DNA of 64,000 nt from contig OY970309.1 in assembly GCA_963716395.1 (NCBI GenBank), positions 1,152,001-1,216,000 on the forward strand, in the 5' to 3' direction. Below the pieces are notes generated by a model. The model was not told where the DNA came from, made no database searches, and saw only the letters and a program-made list of their open reading frames with translations. Made by a program: the position numbers and the translations under genes. Numbering within the stretch: the first letter of the stretch is position 1; each line of letters opens with the position of its first letter. This document shows, one piece after another, positions 1 to 11,224 of this stretch. Source of the stretch: an uncultured Fibrobacteria bacterium (GTDB taxonomy: Bacteria > Fibrobacterota > Fibrobacteria > UBA11236).

Positions 1-1
1 C

Positions 2-196
2 CAAGCGGGGCTCGATCCGGCGCCTTGGCATTTTCACCTGCAATTTGCGCCGCCCGTGCGCTCCGCCGACACGCTGAAATACCTGGCCGGATTCGAGACG
101 GGGGGAGGGAACATCATCAATCCGTCCCGGCCCGAGGAATCGGCGGAAGAGTTGCGGCGCGCCGGTGTAAGTCGCGTCACGGAAGCCCCGGTATGA
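2..196 (+). CDS. galT: Galactose-1-phosphate uridylyltransferase, C-terminal part (runs off window start)
   Basis: Own translation from position 2: ...WHFHLQFAPPVRSADTLKYLAGFETGGGNIINPSRPEESAEELR..., a typical GalT C-terminus; its TGA overlaps the galK ATG (ATGA). Confidence 0.8.
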   Translation, partial: QAGLDPAPWHFHLQFAPPVRSADTLKYLAGFETGGGNIINPSRPEESAEELRRAGVSRVTEAPV

Positions 197-1389
197 ACGG
201 GCTGGAGCAAATCCGCCGGACGTTCCGCGCAGAATTCGGAGCCGATCCCGATCTCGTGGCCTCGGCCCCGGGCCGCGTCAATCTCATCGGCGATCATACC
301 GATTACATGGGCGGCCTGGTTTTGCCGGCAGCCATCGATCGGCAGGTGCTGTTCGCTCTGCGCCAGGCTCCGGGAGACATCGTCATCGGGTATTCCCTCG
401 ACTTTCGCGAAAAGGTCCGCTTTCGCGTGGGCGACTTCGATCCCGGCCATCCCTGCCGTTGGCTGCGCTATATCCTGGGCGTGCTGCGCGAGCTGAGCCT
501 TGCCGGGATCGAACCGGGCGGTTTTTCCTTCTGCGTTTCCGGCAACGTGCCCCAAGGCGCCGGGCTTTCTTCTTCGGCCGCGCTGGAAGTGGCCACGGCC
601 CGGGCCGTGCTGGATCTGCTGCAACATCCGCTTCCCAAACAAGAAACGGCGCTGCTTTGCCAGCGGGCGGAAAACGAGTTCGTGGGCATGCGCTGCGGAA
701 TCATGGATCAGTTCATTTCCACCTTGGGCATCGCCGATCACGCCCTGCGGCTCGACTGCGCCACCTTGGAATTCGAGGCGGTGCCCGCCGCCGTTCCCGG
801 GCACACCTGGATGGTTATCGATTCCGGAAAGAAACGCGGCTTGGTCGATTCCGCATACAATTTGCGCCGCACCCAATGCCAAAGCGGGTTGCAAAGCCTA
901 CAAGCGCGGCTGCCCGCGCTGCGGCAACTGGGCTTGCGCGCCCTGACCGCGGAGGCTTTGCATGCCGCTTCGCCGGAGATCGATCCCGTCATCGCGCGCC
1001 GGCTCCGGCACGTCGTCACGGAAAATCTGCGCGTGGAACAAGCCTGTGCGGCGCTCCGGCGCGGCGACCTCGACGCCTTGGGCGAAAACCTGTACGCTTC
1101 GCATCAAAGCCTGCGCGATGATTTCGAGGTTTCCTGTCCCGAGCTGGATGCCTTGGTGGAAATTCTCCGGCGCGTGCCGGGAACCGTGGGCGCGCGTCTC
1201 ACCGGCGCCGGCTTCGGGGGCTGCGTTCTCGCCTTGTTGCGCGACGACGCGGTGGAGCCGGCCGTCGCCGCCATTCAGCGCGAATATCCCGCCAACTTCC
1301 CCGGCTCCCAACCGGTTGCCGCCTGGCCCCTTCGTCTGGCCGACGGAGCGAAAACCATCTTCACTTCCACCCCGTCGCTCCGTCTCTGA
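193..1389 (+). CDS. galK: Galactokinase
   Basis: APGRVNLIGDHTDY, GAGLSSSAA, CGIMDQ and GARLTGAGFGG GHMP motifs; ATG at 193 preferred over TTG at 25. Confidence 0.95.
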   Translation: MNGLEQIRRTFRAEFGADPDLVASAPGRVNLIGDHTDYMGGLVLPAAIDRQVLFALRQAPGDIVIGYSLDFREKVRFRVGDFDPGHPCRWLRYILGVLRELSLAGIEPGGFSFCVSGNVPQGAGLSSSAALEVATARAVLDLLQHPLPKQETALLCQRAENEFVGMRCGIMDQFISTLGIADHALRLDCATLEFEAVPAAVPGHTWMVIDSGKKRGLVDSAYNLRRTQCQSGLQSLQARLPALRQLGLRALTAEALHAASPEIDPVIARRLRHVVTENLRVEQACAALRRGDLDALGENLYASHQSLRDDFEVSCPELDALVEILRRVPGTVGARLTGAGFGGCVLALLRDDAVEPAVAAIQREYPANFPGSQPVAAWPLRLADGAKTIFTSTPSLRL

Positions 1390-1426
1390 AAGCGGCGGAT
1401 AAACCCACCCACGCGAGGAAATCGGC

Positions 1427-2956
1427 ATGCAATTGAATTGGATCGATTGGTCGGGATTTGCGTTTTTCTCCGTGATCGTGGTGGTGTATGCCATGTACAA
1501 GTCACGCCGCGAAAACACCTCCCAGGATTATTTCCTCGGCGGCCGGGGCATGGGCTGGATTCTGGTGGGGTTCTCGCTGATTTCTTCCAACATCTCTTCG
1601 GAACATTTCGTGGGCATGTCGGGCCAGGCCTTCGGCGGCGCGGGTCTCGCCATCGCGAGCTATGAATTCATCGCGGCCGCGACCTTGGTGTTCATCGCGT
1701 TTTTCCTGCTGCCGCTGTACCTGAATCTCGGCATCTACACCATGCCCGAATTCCTCGAATACCGCTATGGCCCGGCGCCGCGCACCTTGATGGCTTTTTA
1801 CATGATGATCGCGTATTGCGGCGTGGTTATGGTCACGGTTTTGTACGCGGGCGCCATCGCCCTCCAGGCCATGTTCGGCCTCAACCTTGCCTACGGCGTG
1901 TGGATTGTGGGCCTGTGCGCGGGTATCTACACCGCCTTCGGCGGCCTCAAGGCCGTGGCGTATTCCGATCTGCTGCACGGCGCGGCCTTGCTCTTGGGGG
2001 GAGCCGTGGTCACCCTCATCGGGTTGCACCGGGTGGGAAGCGTGGCGGAATTTTTTCATCAGAATCGCGACAAATTTCACATGATTTTGCCCGCGAATAA
2101 TCCCAGCATTCCCTGGACCGCGCTGCTTTTGGGCATCTGGATTCCCAACATCTATTACTGGGGATTCAACCAGTTCATCACCCAGCGCGCGCTGGCGGCG
2201 AAAACCGTGGCCCAGGGGCAATTGGGCATTCTGTTCGCGGCCCTGCAGAAAATCTTCACCCCCTTCATCATCGTGCTGCCGGGCATCATCGCCTATCAAT
2301 TGTTCCGCGACAAAATCAGCAACGGCGATTTGGCCTACCCCACCCTCATCCGGGAAATCATTCCCATCGGCTTGCGCGGCATGTTGCTGGCCGCCCTGGC
2401 GGGGGCCATCATGAGCAGCCTGGCCGCCATTCTGAATTCGGCGTCCACCATTTTCACGTTGGATTTCTACAAGCGCTTCTACAATCGCGAGGCCGACGAC
2501 AAAAAAGTCGTCGTCGTCGGCCGCCTCTCCACGATTTTCTTCACGGTGTTCGCCTGCCTGCTGGCGCCTCTGCCGGGGCGGTTCCACGGAGTTTTCAACT
2601 ACATCCAGGAGCTGTGGGGCTGCTTTTCCCCCGGCATCACCGCGGCCTTTCTCTTCGGTCTCGTCTTCCGGCGCGCGCCCACTGCGGCGGCCATGACCGC
2701 TCTCATCGGCGGCGTCTTCATCTATTCGTTTCAGCGGTGGATGTTCCCCAGCGTCGCCTTTCTGAACCAAATGGCCATTACTTTTGTGATCCTACTTGCG
2801 CTGATGGGCGTGATTACGGCCGTGAAACCCCTCGCCGAGCCGGTCCTGCTGCAACGGCGGGAGTTCGCCGTCGATGTGCGCCCCAGCCTTTTGGCCAAGG
2901 CCCTGGGCGTCGTGGTCCTGATTTTGGTGGCAGGGATTTACATCGTACTGAGGTGA
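1427..2956 (+). CDS. Sodium:solute (sugar/galactose) symporter, SSS family
   Basis: DYFLGGR, SNISSEHFVGMSG, YTMPEFLE.RY and NQFITQRALAA motifs; many TM helices; follows galK. Confidence 0.92.
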   Translation: MQLNWIDWSGFAFFSVIVVVYAMYKSRRENTSQDYFLGGRGMGWILVGFSLISSNISSEHFVGMSGQAFGGAGLAIASYEFIAAATLVFIAFFLLPLYLNLGIYTMPEFLEYRYGPAPRTLMAFYMMIAYCGVVMVTVLYAGAIALQAMFGLNLAYGVWIVGLCAGIYTAFGGLKAVAYSDLLHGAALLLGGAVVTLIGLHRVGSVAEFFHQNRDKFHMILPANNPSIPWTALLLGIWIPNIYYWGFNQFITQRALAAKTVAQGQLGILFAALQKIFTPFIIVLPGIIAYQLFRDKISNGDLAYPTLIREIIPIGLRGMLLAALAGAIMSSLAAILNSASTIFTLDFYKRFYNREADDKKVVVVGRLSTIFFTVFACLLAPLPGRFHGVFNYIQELWGCFSPGITAAFLFGLVFRRAPTAAAMTALIGGVFIYSFQRWMFPSVAFLNQMAITFVILLALMGVITAVKPLAEPVLLQRREFAVDVRPSLLAKALGVVVLILVAGIYIVLR

Positions 2957-2966
2957 GCCGCGTTTT

Positions 2967-5633
2967 TTAAACCTCGGTGAACACGGCATCTTCCACGTCG
3001 GGGTCGCCGCCCTCGCCTTTGGCCGGCGTGGCTTTGGGGACGCTCCCGTTGAAGAGAAAATCCCCGTCGCGGAAATCGATGGCCACGTGATCCCCGGCCT
3101 TGAGCTGGCCCGCGATCACGGCGCGGCTCAGCGGGTTTTCCAACCGCGTCTGGATGAAACGGTTGATGGGACGCGCGCCGAATTGCGGGTCATGGCTCAA
3201 TTCGGCGATGGCGCGCGCGGCCTTGGGGGTGATCTCGGCGCTGATGCCGCGCTCGCGCAAACGCTGGCGCAAATCTTCGAACCGCAGCCGGGCCACCTCC
3301 ACCAACTCCTCGAGCGACAGGGGGTGGAAGGCGATGATCTCGTCGATGCGATTGATGAACTCGATGCGAAAGAATTTTCGGACTTCGGGCATGAGTTCGG
3401 CCGCGGTCACGGGTTTCTTCGCGGCCGCGAAAAGATGCGACCCGATGTTCGAAGTCATGACCACGATGGTGTTGCGGAAGTTCACGGTGCGCCCCTGGCT
3501 GTCGGAGAGCCGGCCTTCGTCCAATACCTGCAACAGCGCGTTGAACACGTCGGGATGCGCCTTCTCGACTTCGTCGAGCAACACCACCGAATACGGCTGG
3601 CGCCGCACGGCCTCGGTGAGCTGGCCGCCTTCTTCATAGCCCACGTATCCCGGCGGCGCGCCGATGAGCTTGCTCACCGAATGCTTTTCCATGTATTCGC
3701 TCATGTCGAGGCGGATGACGTACTCCTCGCTATCGAACAGAAATTCGGCCACGGCCTTGGTGAGCTCGGTTTTGCCCACGCCCGTGGGGCCGAGGAATAA
3801 AAAGCTGCCGATAGGGCGATGCGCGCGGCCCAGGCCCGAGCGGTTGCGCAAGATGGCATCGCTCACGGCCGCGATGGCGTCCTTCTGGCCGATGACGCGT
3901 TTGCCCAGATGCGCGGGCAGAGTCAAGAGCTTGTCCTTTTCGGTTTCCTGCAGCCGGGTCACGGGAATGCCGGTCCAGCGCGAAACCACCTCGGCGATTT
4001 CGTCTTCGGTCACCTCTTCATGGAATTCCGAAGCGCCCACCCGGCTTTGCGCCGCGCGTTCCTCGGCTTCCAGCAATTTTTTCTCGGCGTCGCGCAAGGT
4101 CTTGTATTTCAGCTCCGCGGCGCGGTTGAGATCGTATTGGGCCTCGGCCTGCTCGATTTGGCGGCGGATGGAATCGACTTCGCTTTGACGGGCGCGCACG
4201 TCCTGGATGAAGCGGGCGCGCGCCTCCCATTGGCGTTTCATGCCTTCGACCTGCAGGTTCAAATCGGCGATGTCTTTTTGCAGGACCTGGAGCCGCTCGC
4301 GGCTCTTGTCGTCTTTTTCGGATTTGAGGGCTTTTGCTTCAATCTGGTATTGGAGCAGCTTGCGCGACAGCGAGTCGAGCTCTTCAGGCATGGTGTCGAG
4401 CTGGGTCTTGACCATGGCCGCGGCCTCGTCCATGAGATCGATGGCTTTGTCGGGCAGAAAGCGGTCGGCGATGTAACGCGACGATAGTTTCACCGCCGCG
4501 ACGATGGCACCGTCCTGAATGCGCACGCCATGGTGGCGGTCGAAGCGCTCTTTGATGCCGCGCAGAATCGACACGCTTTCTTCTTCCGATGGCTCGTCGA
4601 CGGTCACGGGCTGAAAGCGCCGTTCCAGGGCCGCGTCTTTTTCGATGTGCTGTTTGTATTCGTTCAAGGTGGTGGCGCCGATGCAATGCAATTCGCCCCG
4701 CGCCAGCTTGGGCTTGAGCAGGTTGCCGGCGTCCATGGCGCCGTCGGCCTTGCCCGCGCCCACGATGGTGTGCAGTTCGTCGATGAAGAGCAAGGTGTTG
4801 CCCTGGTCACCTTCCAATTCCTTGAGTACGGCTTTGAGCCGCTCCTCGAATTCGCCGCGGAACTTGGCCCCGGCGATGAGGCTGCCGAGATCGAGGCTGT
4901 AGACCTTTTTCCCTTTGAGCGATTCGGGTACGTCGCCGCGCACGATACGCTGCGCCAACCCTTCCACGATCGCGGTTTTGCCCACGCCCGGTTCGCCCAC
5001 GAGAACCGGGTTGTTTTTGGTCTTGCGCGACAAAATGCGGATCACCCGCCGGATCTCCTCTTCGCGGCCGATGACGGGATCGAGCTTGCCCGCGCGCGCC
5101 AGGGCCACGAGGTCCTGCCCGTATTTCTCCAGCACCTGGTATTCGTTCTCGGCGTTGGCTGAATGCGCGCCCGGGGCTTCCTGGCCGCCGGAGTTTCGAT
5201 TCCGCATGATGGCTCCCTTGAGGGCGTGAAAGTTCAACTGGTGTTTTTGCGCCACGCTTTTCCACTCGAACATGTCCGAGCGATCGACGAGCGCCAGCAG
5301 CAAATGCTCGACCGTCACATAGCTGTCACCCAGGTCGCGGGCGATGGCCTGCGCGCCGCGCAGCACCTTGTGTACGTCGGGGGCAACCCGCTCTTCGCCG
5401 CCGGCGCCTTCGACCTTAGGCAGCCGCCCGACGGCCGCTTCGGCGTCTTCGGCCAGGGTGATGGGCTGCACGCCGCAATCGCGCAGCGAGGCGTCGAGCA
5501 CATCGAAGCCGACGCGCAAAACGCCGCAGGCCAGATGCAAAGACGTCAATTCGACGTCGCGGTTCTTGTCTTTGATCTCCTGGGCTTTTTGCAGCGCCTC
5601 TTGCGCCAGATGAGTCAACTCCTGCATATCCAT
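2967..5633 (-). CDS. clpB: ATP-dependent chaperone ClpB
   Basis: Two AAA+ modules ([16 protein letters not shown]), [11 protein letters not shown], long middle coiled coil, [13 protein letters not shown]. Confidence 0.95.
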   Translation of the reverse strand: MDMQELTHLAQEALQKAQEIKDKNRDVELTSLHLACGVLRVGFDVLDASLRDCGVQPITLAEDAEAAVGRLPKVEGAGGEERVAPDVHKVLRGAQAIARDLGDSYVTVEHLLLALVDRSDMFEWKSVAQKHQLNFHALKGAIMRNRNSGGQEAPGAHSANAENEYQVLEKYGQDLVALARAGKLDPVIGREEEIRRVIRILSRKTKNNPVLVGEPGVGKTAIVEGLAQRIVRGDVPESLKGKKVYSLDLGSLIAGAKFRGEFEERLKAVLKELEGDQGNTLLFIDELHTIVGAGKADGAMDAGNLLKPKLARGELHCIGATTLNEYKQHIEKDAALERRFQPVTVDEPSEEESVSILRGIKERFDRHHGVRIQDGAIVAAVKLSSRYIADRFLPDKAIDLMDEAAAMVKTQLDTMPEELDSLSRKLLQYQIEAKALKSEKDDKSRERLQVLQKDIADLNLQVEGMKRQWEARARFIQDVRARQSEVDSIRRQIEQAEAQYDLNRAAELKYKTLRDAEKKLLEAEERAAQSRVGASEFHEEVTEDEIAEVVSRWTGIPVTRLQETEKDKLLTLPAHLGKRVIGQKDAIAAVSDAILRNRSGLGRAHRPIGSFLFLGPTGVGKTELTKAVAEFLFDSEEYVIRLDMSEYMEKHSVSKLIGAPPGYVGYEEGGQLTEAVRRQPYSVVLLDEVEKAHPDVFNALLQVLDEGRLSDSQGRTVNFRNTIVVMTSNIGSHLFAAAKKPVTAAELMPEVRKFFRIEFINRIDEIIAFHPLSLEELVEVARLRFEDLRQRLRERGISAEITPKAARAIAELSHDPQFGARPINRFIQTRLENPLSRAVIAGQLKAGDHVAIDFRDGDFLFNGSVPKATPAKGEGGDPDVEDAVFTEV

Positions 5634-5902
5634 AAAAGTGAGCAAAGGCGATGCCGGAACGGTGAAAATCTTGCCGCTGCAAATCCGAACCGATCCGGCC
5701 CATCGGCGCAGGAACTAAAAGATTCTGCCGACGGCTGCGTTCGACATCGTAACGTCCATTGCGACAAATGACTAAAACCGTGCAAGAATGACACGAATCG
5801 CCTTCGGCAGGCGGACGGAAGGAAATTCCTACAAGTCGGAGAAGTTTTCCCTTCAGCTTTGGCTTACAGCTTCGAAATCCCGATTTTCGGCCGGCTTAGG
5901 AG

Positions 5903-5917
5903 TGGTATGGAAATTGC
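5903..5917 (+). promoter_or_regulatory. Putative sigma-54 (-24/-12) promoter of flgB
   Basis: TGGTAT-GGAAA-TTGC with exact GG-N10-GC spacing just upstream of flgB. Confidence 0.6.
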
Positions 5918-5931
5918 CTTGATCCTGGCCT

Positions 5932-6357
5932 GTGAATATACGCGACTACCTCTTCGGCGGTTTGACCCGGCAAATGGAGTATAAAAGCCTGGACGCCGGC
6001 GCCTTGCGCAACCGGGTCATCGACGAAAACATCGCCAACGCCACCACCCCCGGGTATCAGCGCAAAGAAGTGGTCTTCGAAGACGAATTGAAAAAGGTTT
6101 TCCAAAAAAAAATCGCGGGCAACGCCGATCAGCCTGACCAGATGCCCATCCCCACCGGCGCCGATGTCGCCAAAATCCAGCCCCAGGTGGTGGTGCCCAA
6201 AGATGCGACCTTGCCCGGCGAAATCAACAATGTGGACATCGACAAGGAAATGTCCAAGCTCGCCGAAAACCAAATCCAATACGATTTCTCGCTGCGCTTC
6301 GTGACCTACGATAACTCCCAGTTGCAATCGGCCATCAGCGGCAATCCGCCGCAATAA
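5932..6357 (+). CDS. flgB: Flagellar basal-body rod protein FlgB
   Basis: NIANATTPGYQRKEV.FE and NNVDIDKEMSKLAENQIQY motifs. Confidence 0.9.
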   Translation: MNIRDYLFGGLTRQMEYKSLDAGALRNRVIDENIANATTPGYQRKEVVFEDELKKVFQKKIAGNADQPDQMPIPTGADVAKIQPQVVVPKDATLPGEINNVDIDKEMSKLAENQIQYDFSLRFVTYDNSQLQSAISGNPPQ

Positions 6358-6559
6358 TTCGCCCCGGGGATTCCGTCATCGCGCCGAATCCGGCGCCGGC
6401 AACTCGCGGCAGAAGCGGGACGAATTTTCGCGGTGATTTTTATTGCAGTCGCGTTGCAAATTCGGTTTCGTTGCCTGTGAATTTCAAAAAACTCAGTTGC
6501 GCCAAACTGGCACGCCGCGGCGGCAAAGCCTTGCGGAAAACGCCGTTATTTTGTTCTGC

Positions 6560-8053
6560 ATGATACAGACGTTGACCCAATCAAAGGGCGAGGTTTCCCT
6601 ACCAACGTTGTTTGCGCGCGTGCGGGAAATCCGCGATCATGTTGCGGCCGAAGGCCAAGCCATGTTCCTGCGGTGGAAGCCGCGCATTCGCCGCGCTTCG
6701 TTTTTGCCGAGCGCCTTGAACTTGGCGCATTACATTGTGCTGCGCCGCATGGATTTGCGGGAATTGCAAACCGATTTGCCGCGGTTCGGCTTGTCTTCGC
6801 TGGGCCGCTGCGAATCACGCGTGTTATCCAATCTCGATGCGGTGCTGGCCACCTTGGCGGCGTTGGCCCAAGATGCGGGCACACCACGCCATCCCACGCG
6901 CGATGAATTTCTGCGCGGCGAAAGCCGGCTCGATCGCGAGGCCCGGCGCGTGTTGGGGCCGAACCCCGAACCGCAGCGCGTACGCATCATGGCAACGTTG
7001 CCTTCCGAGGCGGTGAGAACTGCTTCGCTGATTAAATCGCTGCTGCAACGGGGTGTGGATTTATTCCGCATCAATTGCGCGCACGGCGACCGCGACGAAT
7101 GGCGGGCCCTGCTGCGCGCGGTGCGCAGGGCCGAAAAGGAAACCGACCGCAAAAGCCGGATCTTCATGGACTTGGCGGGTCCGAAAATCCGCACGGAAAC
7201 CGTGAACGCGGTCCGGGGCAAAAGGGTGTTCGTCGGCGACACCCTGTTATTGGCTCGCCGTCGGGAGGACGCGGAGCGCTTTTCCGCCCCCAGCGTAACG
7301 TGTACGTTTCCTGCAATTTTCGCGTCGCTGCGCCCCGGATCGGAACTCTGGTTCGATGACGGCGTGCTGGGCTGCCGGGTGGAAAAAATCCAGCCCGCCG
7401 GTGCCTGGCTGCGCGTGCGACAGGCTCCTCCCGACGGCAAAAAGCTCAAACCCGACAAGGGCATCAATCTGCCGGGGCTGGAATTGCCCACGGGTCCACT
7501 TACCGACAAGGATCGCGAAGACCTCGATTTTCTCATGTCCGCGGCCGACGTCATCGGATATTCCTTCGTGCAAAACGCCGACGACATCCGCGACTTGCAA
7601 GAGGAGATGGCTTTGCGACTGCGGCCCGGCCAGGTTGCTCCGCCCCTCGTGGCCAAAATCGAAACCCGCCAAGCCGTGCTCAATCTGCCCGAAATCATGG
7701 TGCAGGCCGCCGGCCGCGGGCCCTTCGGCCTCATGATCGCCCGCGGCGATTTGGCGGTGGAGATCGGCTATTTGCGTCTGGCCGAAATCCAGGAAGAAAT
7801 TCTGTGGCTGGCCGAGGCCGCCAACGTGCCCGTGATTTGGGCCACCCAGGTTTTGGAAAAACTGACGCGCGACGGCGTGCACTCACGCGCCGAAATGACC
7901 GACGCGGTCATGGGCGAGCGGGCCGAATGCGTCATGCTCAACAAGGGGCCGTTTCTTCCCGAGGCCGTCAGCGCACTGGCCGACGTGCTGACGCGCATGG
8001 AGGCACATCAGCACAAAAAGACGCCACGCCTGCGGGCCTTGAAATCGTGGTAA
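6560..8053 (+). CDS. pyk: Pyruvate kinase (variant with N-terminal helical extension)
   Basis: RINCAHG, DLAGPKIR, AKIE, MIARGDLAVE, IWATQVLE and AECVMLNKG motifs. Confidence 0.88.
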   Translation: MIQTLTQSKGEVSLPTLFARVREIRDHVAAEGQAMFLRWKPRIRRASFLPSALNLAHYIVLRRMDLRELQTDLPRFGLSSLGRCESRVLSNLDAVLATLAALAQDAGTPRHPTRDEFLRGESRLDREARRVLGPNPEPQRVRIMATLPSEAVRTASLIKSLLQRGVDLFRINCAHGDRDEWRALLRAVRRAEKETDRKSRIFMDLAGPKIRTETVNAVRGKRVFVGDTLLLARRREDAERFSAPSVTCTFPAIFASLRPGSELWFDDGVLGCRVEKIQPAGAWLRVRQAPPDGKKLKPDKGINLPGLELPTGPLTDKDREDLDFLMSAADVIGYSFVQNADDIRDLQEEMALRLRPGQVAPPLVAKIETRQAVLNLPEIMVQAAGRGPFGLMIARGDLAVEIGYLRLAEIQEEILWLAEAANVPVIWATQVLEKLTRDGVHSRAEMTDAVMGERAECVMLNKGPFLPEAVSALADVLTRMEAHQHKKTPRLRALKSW

Positions 8054-8113
8054 CGCTTTCGTCACCGACGGATTTCGGCGCGTAGTCGCCGGTCTCTGAA
8101 AATCGCCAATATT

Positions 8114-8485
8114 TCAAATCAACTTTTTATACGCGGCCGCATCCATCAATTCTTTGGCCGTGTGTTCGACGGTCACCTTGATGATCCAGCCTTTGCCGTA
8201 AGGATCCTGATTGATGATGCCGGCATCGCCGGCTAGTTCGGCGTTGACTTCGGCCACCACCCCGGAAACGGGGGCATAGAGATCGGCCACGGTCTTGACG
8301 GCTTCGATGGTGCCGAAGCCCTGCCCTTCATCCACGCGCGCACCCACCTTGGGCAATTCGACGAAGACGATGTCGCCCAATTCGCGTTGCGCGTGGTCGG
8401 TGATGCCCACGGTCGCGGTCACGCCTTCAAGGCGCATCCACTCGTGATCTTTGGTGTACAATAGGCTCTCGGGAACCTCGGACAT
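8114..8485 (-). CDS. gcvH: Glycine cleavage system H protein
   Basis: YTKDHEW, GITDHAQ.ELGDIVFV, lipoyl IEAVKTV and NQDPYGKGW motifs. Confidence 0.95.
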   Translation of the reverse strand: MSEVPESLLYTKDHEWMRLEGVTATVGITDHAQRELGDIVFVELPKVGARVDEGQGFGTIEAVKTVADLYAPVSGVVAEVNAELAGDAGIINQDPYGKGWIIKVTVEHTAKELMDAAAYKKLI

Positions 8486-8520
8486 ATATCCTCCTTGCGG
8501 AAGCGCGGATTCTTCGGGAA

Positions 8521-9192
8521 TCAGGGGGCCGATCCCAGCCGGTTCTCCGCTTTTTGCAGTGCGGCCTCGGCGGCTTGAGCCCCGTGGCGAAAATTTTCCT
8601 GTCGTTCTTTTTCTTCGGTATCGTCTTCCGATTTGAAGAACCGTTCCAAATTATGGGCGGAGGAGATCAAGGATTCGATGGCGGCGCTGATGGCGTCGGA
8701 GGAAGCCTCAAGGCCCGGAGGCAAGGCGGCCGTGACTTCGGCGAAGTGTTGTTTCAGGTTTTGCGCTTCGGCAGAATAGGCCTGGGCGTGGTTTTGCATG
8801 GTCTGATATTCCTCGTCGCTGACATCGGCCACGTCGGAAAGGTTCACCGACGCAAGATTTTGCTGCAGACGTCGCGCGGTTTGCAGCACGCTGCGCAATT
8901 GCGTCCGGCCCTGAGCCAGAGCGGTTTCGCGCTTGGAAGCGGCCAGACCCACGGTATCCGGAGGCGGAGGCGGCGGGGGTTTGGGCGCTTCGACCACCGG
9001 AGCCGGCGGAGGCGTGACCACGTCGTTCAAGGCTAGATAGCGGCTGGTGTGGAAAACCGCCGCGGCCAGACACAGGATGGCCAGCAGCGAGGAAATCACC
9101 ATGCGCACCGAATCCCGCGCATTGATGGCGCCGATGACGGCGGTGGCCGAAATGGCGTACAGCAGGGTCAACAACAAAGGTTGGGAAGTCAT
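8521..9192 (-). CDS. Hypothetical membrane-anchored protein (2 TM, Pro-rich linker, helical domain)
   Basis: ATG at 9192 (MTSQPLLL...), two hydrophobic segments, PPPPPPP linker. Confidence 0.65.
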   Translation of the reverse strand: MTSQPLLLTLLYAISATAVIGAINARDSVRMVISSLLAILCLAAAVFHTSRYLALNDVVTPPPAPVVEAPKPPPPPPPDTVGLAASKRETALAQGRTQLRSVLQTARRLQQNLASVNLSDVADVSDEEYQTMQNHAQAYSAEAQNLKQHFAEVTAALPPGLEASSDAISAAIESLISSAHNLERFFKSEDDTEEKERQENFRHGAQAAEAALQKAENRLGSAP

Positions 9193-9321
9193 GGAACCAT
9201 CTTCCTTCCCGGTTGGGAACAATCGCTGTATACGGGGGGATGCATACCGAAAAATCTTTTGGGAATATAAGATTTGGGGGTAGGGCCTACAAGCAAGAGT
9301 TTTTCGAGGCGGAGCGGATCC

Positions 9322-10671
9322 ATGCAAAAACGCCCTGAATGGCCCGAACCCATTGCGGTGCTCGGCTACGGCGTCGAAGGACGCAGCACTTTGCGCCATT
9401 TGCAGGCCTGGGGCTATCGCCGTATCGAAATTTTGGATCGCGCACCGCCGCCGCCCGACGCGCCGGCCGGAATTCCCTTCCGCAGCGGGGTGGATTATCT
9501 CCGCGGCCTCGCCGGGGTGCAGACCGCGTTCCGATCTCCGGGGATTCGTCCCTTCGGCCCCGAGTTCGAGGCTTTTCATGCCCGGGGCGGCGTGCTAACC
9601 TCGCAGGTCGAAGCGGTCTTCTCTCTGGCCGGCCGCCAACGTATTATTGGTGTTACGGGCACTTTGGGCAAGGGCACCTGCTGCTCGCTGCTATCGGCCA
9701 TGCTGGAACGCGCGGGCATCGCCCACCGCCTGGCCGGTAACATCGGTGTTCCGCCCCTCGACGCCTGGGAGACCGGGCGCGCGGAAGAGCGGCTGCTGCT
9801 CGAACTCAGCAGCTTCCAACTCTCCACGTTGCAGCCAAGCCCGGCCGGGGCCGTGGTGCTCAAAACCACCAGCGAACACCTCGACTGGCACACTTCGCAG
9901 GTGGAATATTGGGAGCACAAGGCGCATCTCACGCGCCATCAAAGGCCGGGTGATTGGTGCGTGTTCTATGCCGACGCCGAAGGGTCGGCCTGGATCGGGG
10001 CGCAAGGCGAGGGGCATAAAATTCCCGTGGGGCGCGACGGGACCATGCGCCTCCGCGCCGAAGGCATCCATTCTGCGGAATTCGGCTTCGACCTGCGATT
10101 GGAGGAAACGCGCCTGCTGGGCGCTTTCAATTTGGAAAACCTGGCCGCTGCCGCTGCCGCGGCCTTGACCCTCGGCGCATCGCCCCAAGCCGTGCGTACG
10201 GCCGCGCAGAAGTTTACGCCCCTGGAGCATCGCCTGGAATTCGTGGCCACGGTGCAGGGTGTCGCGTACTACAACGATTCGTACGCCACGCGCCCCGAGG
10301 CGGCGATCGCGGCCGTGCACGCCTTGCGCGGCGCCCCTTTGGGACTCATTCTCGGCGGCTCGGAGAAACACGCCGACTTCGGCGAATTGGCGGCCGCGCT
10401 GGCGGGCGAACCCGACCTCTGCGCCGTCGCATTGCTCGGTCAAACCGCGGAGCGGCTGGAAGTGGAATTGTCGCAAGCCGGAGCTTTGGCCGGCCGGGCC
10501 AGCCGGCGCTGCGCTTCCCTGCCGGAGGCCATGGATTTTCTGCGCCGGGAAATTCGCTCGGGCGCCATTCTGTTGTCTCCGGCCTGCGCCTCTTTCGGGC
10601 TTTTCGCCAATTATAAGGAACGGGGGAAAGCCTTCAAAAACTTGGTGGCGGGGTTGGGTTCGCAGGCCTGA
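9322..10671 (+). CDS. murD: UDP-N-acetylmuramoyl-L-alanine--D-glutamate ligase
   Basis: RSPGI, GVTGTLGKGT, ELSSFQL, HLDWH, EHRLE, NDSYAT and LLSPACASF motifs. Confidence 0.9.
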   Translation: MQKRPEWPEPIAVLGYGVEGRSTLRHLQAWGYRRIEILDRAPPPPDAPAGIPFRSGVDYLRGLAGVQTAFRSPGIRPFGPEFEAFHARGGVLTSQVEAVFSLAGRQRIIGVTGTLGKGTCCSLLSAMLERAGIAHRLAGNIGVPPLDAWETGRAEERLLLELSSFQLSTLQPSPAGAVVLKTTSEHLDWHTSQVEYWEHKAHLTRHQRPGDWCVFYADAEGSAWIGAQGEGHKIPVGRDGTMRLRAEGIHSAEFGFDLRLEETRLLGAFNLENLAAAAAAALTLGASPQAVRTAAQKFTPLEHRLEFVATVQGVAYYNDSYATRPEAAIAAVHALRGAPLGLILGGSEKHADFGELAAALAGEPDLCAVALLGQTAERLEVELSQAGALAGRASRRCASLPEAMDFLRREIRSGAILLSPACASFGLFANYKERGKAFKNLVAGLGSQA

Positions 10672-10717
10672 AGCGCGGGGTATATTATGGCATTGCTTTG
10701 CCCGGAACCGGATTTCC

Positions 10718-11224
10718 ATGCTGCCTGAAGAACACCAACGCATGATGCTGGCCTATTTGGCGGGATTGTCCAAAGAACGGCGCATGCGCACTTTGGAGGA
10801 TTTGGCGGCGTTGAATGCGCGCGAACTGCTGCTGTTGGCGCAGAAAGTCGACGACGCGGCGCTGGGACTGTTCGTGCAATTGTTGAAATGCACCCGGCAG
10901 GGAACTTCGCTGTTCGAAAGGCTGATGGGCGACCACGAAGAAGAGAACCGCTCCCTGGTCGACGCTTTTTTCAACCGCTACCTCAACTCCGTGCTGTCCT
11001 TCGCCGAAGAGACCAAGGGATACAACCCGCTCGAAGTGTACCTGCCGCCGCACGTCTTCGACGACTTGGTGTTCGTGCAAAGCCGGCAGCCGTTTTTCCT
11101 GCGCCAGCGCATCGACGTCATCAACGCCTACTTCGACGGCGTGTTCGAAGGCCGGCACGAGTTCAAACCCGATGAACAGGAAAAAGCCTGGTCGTATTTC
11201 TGGAATAAGGTGATGTCGCGATGA
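10718..11224 (+). CDS. Hypothetical protein
   Basis: Coding-like composition from MLPEEHQ; ATGA overlap with clpS. Confidence 0.7.
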   Translation: MLPEEHQRMMLAYLAGLSKERRMRTLEDLAALNARELLLLAQKVDDAALGLFVQLLKCTRQGTSLFERLMGDHEEENRSLVDAFFNRYLNSVLSFAEETKGYNPLEVYLPPHVFDDLVFVQSRQPFFLRQRIDVINAYFDGVFEGRHEFKPDEQEKAWSYFWNKVMSR

